A stretch of DNA of 20,232 bases, from assembly GCA_016748015.1 (NCBI GenBank), contig JAAOMT010000698.1:1-20232 (forward strand). Direction: 5' to 3'. Positions 11,372-20,232 of this stretch are shown in pieces. Under the pieces are notes generated by a model, which saw only the letters and a list, made by a program, of their open reading frames with translations, was not told the DNA's origin and did not search any database. The position numbers and the translations under genes are program-made. The stretch comes from Geosiphon pyriformis uo1. Taxonomy: Eukaryota > Fungi > Glomeromycota. Position 1 is the first letter of the stretch. Every line of letters begins with the position of its first letter.

Positions 11372-12750
11372 TTAGATTTGTCTCATTTACAATAAACTAT
11401 CCACATTTCTGTTGTTTTTTCCTTTTTTATAATGTATAGTTTACTTATATGGTGCAAGTGCCATTTTCCATTTTGACTGTCTTCCATCTCCAAATTCTTG
11501 CTTTTGAAGTAATATTAATCCTTTGTAATCTGTGTATACCTCAAACTTTTGGCTCAAGTATTTTTTCCATTTCATGACTGACCAGTATATTGCTAAGTGT
11601 TCTTTTTCTGGTGTTCTATAGTTTTTTTTGGCTGGTGTTAAACCTCTGCTGACATATGCTACTGGATGTTCTCTGCCATCTGGTCCTCTCTGAGATAGTA
11701 CTACTCCTAATGCATGGCCAGATGCATTAGTGGTGATAATGAATGGTTTGCTGTGATCTAGATAGATTAGTACTGGAGCTTGGATAAGCTTTCTTTTTAG
11801 AATATCAAAAGCTTCTTGTTGATTTTCTGTCCATTCATATTTGGTATTCTTGGTTTGCAGTTGGTTGAGTGGCTGTGCTATCTTGGAAAAGTTCTTGATA
11901 AAATGTCGATAGTAGCTGGCAAATCCCAAGAATGATTTCAGTTCTGTCATATTGGTCAGCACTAAAAAGTTCTTTACTATCTCAATTTTCTCCAGATCTG
12001 TTTTGATGTCATCTTTGCTGACTATGTGTTCCAAGAATTTTAGTTCTGTCTTGCTGAAGAAGCACTTTGTTGCATTTAACTTTAGTCCTGCTCTTTTTAG
12101 TCTTTCAAACATCTGTTGAAGATGATGAAGATGATCATCAAATGTCTTTGAGAATATGTTGGTGTCATCCAAGTATACAACTACTGATTTCCACAATAAG
12201 CCAGTATAAACAATTTCTATTAGCCATTAAAAAGTGGCTGGTGCATTGGTTAAACCAAATGGCATTACTTCAAATTTAAAATTCTCTTCTCTCATGGTAA
12301 ATGTCATTTTCTCTTTGTCAGCTGGATCCATGGCTACTTGCCAGTAACCACTATCTAAGTCTAATATTGAGAACCATTTGTTTCTGCCAAAAGCATCAAA
12401 TAATTTCTGTATCTGTGGAGTTGGATAGCTGTCTTCACGAGTTACACTATTGAGTTTTCTGTAATCCACACAAAATCGGATCTTTCTATTCTTCTTACAG
12501 ACGAGTACTACTGGTGATGACTATGGGCTTATTGATGACTAAATTAGCCCGTTGTCAAGTATTCAGTTTATTTCTTAATGAATAATTTTGTGGCTGGCTG
12601 GTGGCACTCTGTATGCTCTTTGTTTAATTGGCATTGCATCTCCAGTCTTGATCTGATGCTGGATGATGTTGGTTCAGCCAAACTTATTTTCACTGGCAAA
12701 AATGTCATTGAACTGGTTGAGTAACATCTTGAGCTACATACATTGGAGTG
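11372..12750 (-). pseudogene. pol: D reverse transcriptase and RNase H domains
   Basis: RFCVDYRKLN, LDLDSGYWQV, VMPFGLTNAPATF, VVYLDD (12164-12175), FIITTNASGHALGVVLSQ, HPVAYVSR, VYTDYKGL. Confidence 0.95.
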
Positions 12751-13204
12751 GATCCAAGTTTCCCATGTTTATTTGTTTCAATTGTTCTGGTTGGAGCAAA
12801 TAACATTCGTCTCATCCATAGATTGTTTGTGATGTGATGTCAACATATTCACAAAGTTGTGGAAAGTCTGGAATGGGGTTTGGTGGTTGGTTTTCTATTT
12901 TTGTGGTTAAATATCCGATGGTGGTTCCTTCTGGTATGTTGATGATATTGCCAGTGTTGTTGTAAATGGGAATTTTTATGCTGCTATAGCTTTTGGCTGG
13001 TATGTGAAGATTGATCAACCTAATTTCTCCTGATTCACAAAGGTTTGCTTCAGCTTCAAAAATTTGTTCTTGCTTTTTTTTCTTCCTTTCTATTGCTAAC
13101 ATGTACTGGCTATATGGTGAGATAGAAATAGCTTGACCAGTTGAGATAATTTCTCCTTGGCCAACAATTTCTTCCTCAGCCATATTAACTGATACATCTA
13201 TTCT

Positions 13205-13630
13205 ATCCATTGATCCAAATCCTTGTATTCCTCTTGCTGTTATTTCTAATTCCTCTCTATTTCCCACTGATACTAATTGAGTTACTCTAACCAGAGGCAA
13301 GAATATTGCCTGTGCTATCTTTTTATTGGGCTCTATTATATAGGCCTTTTCTGAGTCATTTTGTAGCATGGCGATGATATTTCCTACATATTTCACCTCA
13401 ATTATTCTTCTTCTTATATTAATCCCTCTTTTTGCTAAACTACTCCTAGATGTTAATTGAACCATTGTTGTTGCCGGAATTTCTATTGCTATTTTCAGAT
13501 CAATGCAGGTGTGTGAATGTGGTTCCAATTTGATGGCTTCTTTTCCTGGGTACTTCAGATCAAACCCTGCATTAGTATCATGCACACGTTCTGGCATAAT
13601 ACCTTCCCCATGGTCACTATACCATTTCAA
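13205..13630 (-). pseudogene. dut: dUTPase domain (trimeric family) within ORF1 of D
   Basis: All five motifs are recognisable: AGFDL, SRSSLAKRGI, IIEVKYVGNI (decayed IIDxGYxG), KIAQAIF and RGIQGFGSMD. Confidence 0.93.
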
Positions 13631-14859
13631 CTCTTGTTCCTTAGAGAGATCTGGTAGTGCAATGTATTGTTCATAGTTTATATTGAGGTTTGAATCTGAG
13701 TCTGAATCATTTTCATTGTCATTGCCATTTTGAATAGAGCTGGAACCAGTGTTTTTGTCATTATCGTTAGAGTCTGGATCGCGATTGATTGGCGATTTTG
13801 ATTTTGATGCACAGCTGCTGATTGTTTCTTCTTCTTTAGAGATTGTGTAGATTGTGCGTGGTGGTGGATTGTAAATGAGATCACACTTATCACAATACTG
13901 GAAGTCACAGGGAATTAGGCAGTGTTGACATAGTCAAGCATTCAACTGCTCTAACCATTGTTTTTGTTCTTCCCTTGTGGGTGCTAATTCTTGGTAGTGT
14001 TCATAGAATTGTTCCAGATCCAGGAGGTTTATAATGGGTTCTGCATTCCAGTTAAGCTCTAAAAGTTTTGGGGGTTGTCTTTGATTGTTTTTATTTCCTC
14101 TGACATCGCCCCTTCAATTTTGGCGAGAGCCATTCGCCAAATTTCATTGTCATCATGTGGACAACTGTCCAGTTGCTGTATGGCTCTTTGCCAGGCTGCT
14201 TCCATTGGGGTTCTTTTCCTTACCCAGTCGCTTATTAGAATTGTGTATTGACACAACACGTTGCATGTTCCTCCATGTCCTGAGATGTTGTTTCACATTC
14301 CTTCATCTAGCAGGGTCTCCCCACAAGTGAGACAAGGTTGGTTATCCCATTTTCCTTGCCTCTTTGGTCTTCCAAAGCATTCAAGTAAGCATAGACAACA
14401 GTAAAACTTTGTTGTGGTATGGTATTCCTTATCATCCCCACAGCATGCGCCCATTGACGACAATTTCTTGCCACAATCGACGCATATAAGCTTAGGTCAA
14501 TGATAGGTAGATTGTTGTAGTATAATATAGGTGTTATAAGTGGTGGTAGTTTGGGTGGTCTCTTCTTCTTTCTCTTTATTTTTATTTTTTTTGTTCTCTT
14601 CCTATTCCCAGCTTGAAGTCGGTTCACTCTCGTTGTTGTCAGTCCATGTCAGGTCATCAGTTTCCCAGGTAAGTTCTTCCTTTTGTTTCCTTTTTCTCTT
14701 GTTGTTGTCATCCCAAGAGAGTATTGGCGGCAATTTGTTTTGCTCTTTATCAGCCCATAATACTTGGTAGGCTTCCCAGGTCGCCTTCAGTTTCTTTTCG
14801 TCAAAGTCGATTAGTGGTGCCATGTTGTTGGTAGCCTTGAAGTGGCCACACATTGCTGG

Positions 14860-15215
14860 TACTCATGTGTGTCTTCCATTCTGGCTGAGTATTAACTCTT
14901 GGGTCGTTCAATCGAGCATGGCATTTGTTCTGAACAGCCAGTCATTACCGACTAGGACTTGGTATTGGGTGGCATCCATTACTAGGACTTTGATGAATAC
15001 TATGATGCCATTAATTTCTATAGGGAAATCATCTATCTTGCTGATAGGTGTTTTGGTGGCACCATCGGCAGTGATGATTCTAGCACTGGCAGTTCGATCA
15101 ACTTGGCATCCTAATTGATCCATGAGCTGTCTTGTGATTATGCTGCCAGCTGATTCACTATCTAAGATAAGTTTGATGGGGTGACCATCAACTCTGGCAT
15201 CCATGTACATTGCTC
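14860..15215 (-). pseudogene. Retropepsin aspartic protease domain of D
   Basis: LILDSESAGSII (DSG>DSE by G>A, 15154-15162), IITADG flap and VLVGNDWL. Confidence 0.92.
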
Positions 15216-15825
15216 TTATGGGTTTCTCTTTGAGAGTGGCTCTACTGAATAACAGTATTAGTGTGTTTTCTTCGAGTTCGAAAGAAAAAATGGCTGCTAG
15301 GGATTTGTCACTAGAGATAGTTGCTGGTGGAATCATGTTGGTAGGTATGTGCTGATTGGATTCCATGTTGTTGGATGTGGCATTTTCTGGGATAACCAGG
15401 AGACTTAAATAATGTTGGGAATTTGGGTTTTGGATGTGGCTGGTATCCAAATTCCAGGTGTGTGATCTTGATGGTGAGTTTAGCGAATAAGGAATCAGTT
15501 GGTGAACAACCATCGCCGATCTCCAGTTTTGAGTAACTCTGGATCGAGGGTTGCCTGATGTCATTTGAGCTGGGTTCTGGGGTGGTGTTTGAATTGGTTG
15601 GGGTTGATAGATGATTTGTGGCTGTAATTGATATATTACTTGTGGCTGCAGCTAATAAATCAGAGGTTGATATACTGGTGGTTAATAGATTGGTTGCTGC
15701 ATCATTGGCAGATAGTTATTTCAATATTGGTCTTGACCTTGATTTGGATAGTGATTCGGAGTTTGGAACCGGCGATCAGGGTTTTAATATTGATTTCCCA
15801 ATCATTGGTTATTTAAACGCTGGCG

Positions 15826-16605
15826 ACAGTCAATTTGGATATGTCTTTGGTTACCACAATAGTGGCAAATATGTATTTCCTGTTGCCACTATTGATTGGT
15901 TGATGAAGATAGACACAGTTGATTTTGGCCATGATTAGAATTTCCTTGATTATTGTGTTGTTGTGGAGGCTGATAAATGGCGTGATTGTCAACTAAGTAT
16001 CCTTCCAATTTCTTATTAATTGATTCACTGAACTTCTCCAATTTGGAATCCAATTCAGATGATCCATTCATTACTAGATTAATGGCTTGGGCATGGTTAG
16101 CTTCTGACTCAACGGATTCAAAATCTTTGGCACATATGACTGCGTCTTGAAGCATGCCAGGATGCAATGGATGTATATGTTACAAGATGCTGCTGCATAG
16201 GCCATGGATAAACTGGTTGAGTATCTGTAGTGCTGTAAAATAGTCATCGTTAATTGCTTGAATTTGGCGCAAGTTTCAATGGAAGCGTTCCAGGTAAGTG
16301 GTAACTGCTTCAGTTTCTCCCTGTTTCATGATGGTGAATGTATTGACTAGATAATTGATGCTATTGTTGTTGCTGAAGTATCTTAGGAATTCTGCTTTGA
16401 AGGCATTGAAATCTTGTGGTTTATTAGCCAAGCTCTGATATCATGAATTGGCGGTATCCTTGAGAAAGTAGGGAATGGTTTGCATTGCTCAGGCTTCATT
16501 CCATCCATTGGCTGCAATGGCCTTTTCTATATCATTCAGCCATACTTGAGCATCATTCTCTTTGCCAGTAAAGTTGTTGAGTTTTGTGATTGGTACATAG
16601 GCCAT
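15826..16605 (-). pseudogene. gag: Gag capsid-like domain and CCHC zinc knuckle of D
   Basis: FTGKENDAQVWL, FKAEFLRYF, KQGETEAVTTYLERF, QFIHGL. Knuckle CHYCGNQRHIQIDC at 15826-15867. Confidence 0.9.
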
Positions 16606-17588
16606 TGGATCTAAGTTAGATGGTTGTGGTGGCTGTTGAAGCAGTTGTTGTATGTGTTTGGCTACTGGATTAATTGGCAGTTGATCGATGATGATTACTG
16701 GAGGTAAGTTTTGCTGATTAATTAATTCGAAGTTTGGATTGTTCTGCCTTTGCTGATTCGGAGTTCTGATTTCTGAATTTTTTATATTTAATTTTTGCTG
16801 AGCTTGAAGATTTAGGGTTTCAACTTCTGGGTTTTCAGTGATTGGGTTTGGTAAGTAAATTCTTGATCCTCTGATTCTTCTTCCTTTTTTTCTAATTCTG
16901 CCGCTTCTCACAGATCAGAGATTCCGAAATCTGGTGAAGGCAATGGTGATCAAAGTTCTGATGGAGTTGATGATCACGAATTAAATCCCTCAAAGTATTC
17001 GCCGTATGGTCCTAGCAATTCTGTTTTTCTTTGTCTATTTTGGAATGAGAATTGTCCAAATGCTGATGTTGCAGTTGATGGAAATGTGTCTGTTGATGAT
17101 ATGTTAATGGCGCTTCCAGGTGTATAGTGGTAGGATGAATTGCTTGGGGATTCAACTCTGTTTTTCTTCCAAGCAGGTGGCTGTATTTTTCTGGGTGTTA
17201 CTGCTGGTGTTTGTAATTTTTCCTTGCCTTTACTAACGTATGTAATTGGATATCTTTGTTGAGTGTGATGTTCAATTTCTTTGTTGATCTTAGTGATGAT
17301 GGATGTGAAATTATGATTTGTTGGTAGGTTGGTGTTTTGAATTAATTTCTTATAGAAAGTTTCTCTTGCTGATTCAGTATTCACTGGTGTTCCTAATAAA
17401 GAGGAAATCTTTTTGTTAACGTAAAAATTGAAGGCTGATTCAGCAGATATATGATTGTGGTTTAATCCCAAGTATTGACAATAGTGTTGAAATAAGGATT
17501 TTGCGAATCCTAAATAGTTTGCTCTTATGTTTTCTGATTCTGCCACTTTTAGTTTGGTGTTGTCAGTGCTGGTTTTCTGTAAGATTAT

Positions 17589-17606
17589 ACTTCACAGGGA
17601 GCACCA
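17589..17606 (-). other. Primer-binding site of D
   Basis: Minus strand TGGTGCTCCCTGTGAAGT begins 2 nt after the 5' LTR and is complementary to a tRNA ending ...UCACAGGGAGCACCA. Confidence 0.88.
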
Positions 17607-17608
17607 AA

Positions 17609-18399
17609 TGTTACAGGTGATTATTTCTGCTGTTGAATTAAATAACAAACCTGTAACTTGGTGCTCAAAAGCTATTGCCATTAATAAGGTTCTGAAGGTG
17701 TTGTATCTAAAAGTTTTGATGGAGTCTTTTGTATAATAGACAGAGATTCAATAGTGTCGATAGTAGATGTATCTTTTCAAGAGTTTCTCCCAATTTCTTT
17801 CTCAGCATGGTGGCTGGATTTAGTCTGGCAGTCATGCTCTTCTGGTAAGCTATCCAATAATATATAAAATCTTACCCGTATTTCTGAGTCTTTTACCAGG
17901 CTATCCTTGACATCAATAACTTAGCGCTTAATTTTTAATCAATTAGTATACAACAACAAATCAAAATAAAATAAAGAAAAAAGAAATAAAAGAAATAAAA
18001 GAAAATAAAGAAAACAAAAAAATAAGCCAAGGAAATTTGCAGATTAGTATTCCGTCAATAGCCATAATCAAGAGCTATTGTTCCAGCGTGGTTAAGTATC
18101 AATTACTATCAACATGAAGGATTGATAGTGGGGAAGTGGATTGAGATATGAAATAATTATTTATTTGATGATTGCGTTTCTAGGCTAAGGATTCTGTGGT
18201 ATTGATTCTGTCTTTTCTGTTTCTACCACTACTGCTATATATACATAATTGAGATTCCTCAATTTTTCATGACAGGAATCCTGAAATTCCTGGAATCCTG
18301 CAATTCCTGAGAGAAATCCTGGAATTCCACATTTACTATGCCTACTTCTGATTGGCTAATAATTAGACTAATATATTTCCTATATTTCTATGAGTAACA
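17609..18399 (-). repeat. Element D 5' LTR (791 bp)
   Basis: TGTTAC...GTAACA inverted termini; direct repeat of 8361-9229. Confidence 0.96.
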
Positions 18400-18901
18400 A
18401 TGGCTTGCTATAATTTGAATAGATTAATACTAAAGCTTAAATGAGCTTTTTTCTTAGAATGTCAAAAGCTTTTTGTTGGGTTTCTATTTATTCATATTTC
18501 ACATTTTTGGCTTAGAGCTGATAAAGTGATTGAGCCAGTTTGGAGAAGTTTTGGATAAAACAGTGATAATATTTTGCAAATTCCAAGAATGTTCTTAATT
18601 CTGTGAGATTTGTTGGTATTGAAAAGTTCTTGACAATTTCAATCTTATTTGCATCTGTTTTGATGCTGTTTTTACTCATAATATGTTTCAAGAATTTCAG
18701 TTCTGTTTTGCCAAAAAAACATTTGTTTATATTCAGTTTTAATCTGGCTCTTTTTAATCTTTTGAACACTTGTTAAAGATAGTGGAAATAATTGTTAAAT
18801 GTTTTGGAAAACACATAGGTGTTATCCAAGTAGACTACTACTAATTTTTATAATGATTTAGTGTACACAATTTTCATAAGCTGTTGAAAAGTTGCTGGCA
18901 T
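18400..18901 (-). pseudogene. pol: Element C continued: RT C-terminal half
   Basis: PATFQQLM, VVYLDN and KLNINKCFFGKTELKFL. Joins 8360 once D is removed and is cut at 18901 by E. Confidence 0.92.
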
Positions 18902-19163
18902 TGTTACCGGAGGTTTTTTGGTCTCTTTTCTTAAATGTTGTTGATGCTTGTTTGCTGTGAATTCACGTTTTCTGGATGTGGTTGAACCTCCAGTAACTGA
19001 ATTTATCTTCAAATTATCTCCTATAATTTGAACCGCTGGGCTTATAAGTGGAATGGCCAATTCCGTGCCAGTTACTTTATGTAGTTACGTTGTAGTAAAC
19101 GTCAACTCTTTCCCAGGAATTGCTCATCTGGAAGCTCACTAAAAAATGTGTAGTTACTTTGCT

Positions 19164-19476
19164 NNNNNNNNNNNNNNNNNNNNNNNNNNNNNNNNNNNNN
19201 NNNNNNNNNNNNNNNNNNNNNNNNNNNNNNNNNNNNNNNNNNNNNNNNNNNNNNNNNNNNNNNNNNNNNNNNNNNNNNNNNNNNNNNNNNNNNNNNNNNN
19301 NNNNNNNNNNNNNNNNNNNNNNNNNNNNNNNNNNNNNNNNNNNNNNNNNNNNNNNNNNNNNNNNNNNNNNNNNNNNNNNNNNNNNNNNNNNNNNNNNNNN
19401 NNNNNNNNNNNNNNNNNNNNNNNNNNNNNNNNNNNNNNNNNNNNNNNNNNNNNNNNNNNNNNNNNNNNNNNNNNNN
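19164..19476. other. Assembly gap (N run)
   Basis: 313 N bases. Confidence 0.99.
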
Positions 19477-19690
19477 TAGAATTTCAAGTGTAATAATCAA
19501 AGGATTTGGTTTTCGAATATTTAATTTTTATTTGAGATATGTAAAAAGTGATTTGTTCTAATTAAGATACCTAAAGTAAGATACTATGGTAAGATATGAG
19601 AAGATACATTTTCTTGAAGAGAGAAGCTCTTCTTTTATACAACTTGTTGTAGTACTAGTCTTTGAACTTGCACTTTTTCTCTTTTCTAGA

Positions 19691-19787
19691 ATTTCGGTGA
19701 ACTAAAGATACATTTCGGCGAACTACAAGTTATTTCGCTGAACTATGAATTATTTCGGCCAATTTTCATTAATTTCGGCGAATTTTG
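19691..19787. repeat. ~20-bp tandem repeat x5 (ATTTCGGCGAACTA core) in U3 of the E LTR
   Basis: atttcggtgaac, atttcggcgaac, atttcgctgaac, atttcggccaat, atttcggcgaat. Confidence 0.85.
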
Positions 19788-19971
19788 GCTATGTTATATG
19801 GTTCAGGGTATTGTGTAAATTGATCATCTCAATTTCTATGGTCCAAATTGGGTTATTGATTAAATGATGATAATTGCTAATTTGATTAAATAATAAGTGA
19901 AATTCGAAACGATAATAATATATGCTAATTAATGATAGGAATTATAAAGGAAATTTCATGCTAATTAATAG

Positions 19972-20232
19972 CTAAAATTCTACTGGTAACATAATCTCCT
20001 CCTCAAGACTGAGCTCCGTCGAAGTCCAAGCACTATCTGTGGTATTAAGATAGTAGTCAAAAATGATTGAAGTGATCTGGTCTGAAAATTGTTGAAATTT
20101 CAGTTCTGTGAGTTTTCCAATATACTGAATCTTCATTTGTTGAAGTATTGGGTTTTGTAGGACATTTTCGCAAGTGTTGAACAAATCATAGAGTCTAAAA
20201 GCTGCTCTAAGTTTGTAGCGAGTGTTTGTTGG
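19972..20232 (-). CDS. C-terminus of element E 3' ORF (homolog of the D integrase-distal domain); partial, open to the window edge
   Basis: No stop from 20232 to 19972. AAFRLYDLF...YIGKLTELKFQQF aligns with AIY*IHTAF...QLGKITNAQFEKL of D. Confidence 0.75.
   Translation of the reverse strand, partial: PTNTRYKLRAAFRLYDLFNTCENVLQNPILQQMKIQYIGKLTELKFQQFSDQITSIIFDYYLNTTDSAWTSTELSLEEEIMLPVEF
19992..20004 (-). other. Polypurine tract of E
   Basis: Minus strand GAGGAGGAGATTA lies directly before TGTTACC. Confidence 0.85.

Larger units (their letters stand above)
11372..17546 (-). pseudogene. gag-pol: Element D ORF1: Gag-protease-Cys-rich insert-dUTPase-RT-RNase H polyprotein (~2060 codons)
   Basis: ORF-track fragments join into one frame with two 1-nt shifts (~16848 and ~14070) and scattered transition-derived stops. 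Starts MAESEN ~40 nt after the PBS and ends ...MRQI* at 11372. Confidence 0.9.
8361..18399 (-). mobile_element. Element D: full-length (~10.0 kb) Ty3/Gypsy LTR retrotransposon with dUTPase, nested in the RNase H of C
   Basis: Two ~90% identical LTRs, PBS, PPT and a 4-bp TSD ATGG (8357-8360 and 18400-18403). Removing D plus one TSD copy restores C's sequence colinear with D's own RNase H. Confidence 0.96.
18902..19991 (-). repeat. Element E 3' LTR (spans the assembly gap)
   Basis: 7-bp inverted termini TGTTACC/GGTAACA, a minus-strand TATAAAA at ~19633 and U3 repeats. Continuity across the gap is inferred. Confidence 0.78.
18902..20232 (-). mobile_element. Element E: younger related Gypsy element inserted in the RT of C (3' end only)
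   Basis: RT homology stops abruptly at TGTTACC (18902). The matching GGTAACA ends at 19991 and is followed by a PPT and a coding frame. CpG is retained. Confidence 0.85.

Noticed and set aside
14060-14078. Programmed ribosomal frameshift (also considered at ~16848)
   Set aside because: There is no canonical X XXY YYZ slippery site in frame. Single-base losses in homopolymer runs explain both shifts, though a consensus is needed to be sure.
13678-14627. Minus-strand ORFs 13678-13908 and 14307-14627
   Set aside because: They are off-frame readings. The frame carrying the CxxC motifs and joining the flanking domains is a different one.
15857-15894. Perfect 12-bp inverted repeat covering a UAG just before the zinc knuckle (possible readthrough signal)
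   Set aside because: The UAG is most simply a decayed CAG among many such stops, and only a single copy is available.
9853-17736. Plus-strand ORFs inside D (9853, 10225, 12067, 14085, 14540, 14822, 15618, 15628, 17527)
   Set aside because: These are antisense shadows of the minus-strand polyprotein or LTR and carry no motifs of their own.
17770-17900. Hammerhead or hairpin ribozyme in the LTR (CAGAAGAG/CAGAUGAG; AGAAAUA..AUAUAUUAU)
   Set aside because: The core is CAGA rather than CUGA, no GAAA follows stem II, the hairpin-ribozyme helices do not pair, and the segment is missing in C.
18848-19060. 70-aa ORF
   Set aside because: A chimera of E LTR sequence and C's RT across the insertion junction.
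19077-19500. ORFs spanning the N run
   Set aside because: Artefacts of the assembly gap.
19691-19787. CRISPR-like array
   Set aside because: The units are ~20-bp tandem repeats without unique spacers, in a eukaryotic LTR context with no cas genes.

Overview
This is a eukaryotic chromosome end. A (CCCTAA)n telomere is followed by a nested stack of five decayed Ty3/Gypsy (Metaviridae) LTR retrotransposons or fragments, and I see no host genes. The host is probably a fungus: from memory only, the proteins resemble Glomeromycotina (Geosiphon-like) repeat proteins. Element A (+, ~460-4189) is 5'-truncated at the telomere. B is a probable LTR fragment (~4190-4958). C (-, 4959-8360 plus 18400-18901) is interrupted by two younger relatives. 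D (-, 8361-18399) is complete, with two LTRs, PBS, PPT and an ATGG target-site duplication. E (-) has its 3' LTR at 18902-19991 and runs off the window. After reverting C>T/G>A decay, D shows an unusual architecture. ORF1 is Gag-protease-(multi-CxxC insert)-dUTPase-(second dUTPase-like domain)-RT-RNaseH and stops there. Integrase sits in a separate ORF2 that continues into an uncharacterised ~270-aa domain instead of a chromodomain. A, C, D and E all share this 3' domain and a frame-independent nucleotide motif about 20 nt before the 3' LTR.
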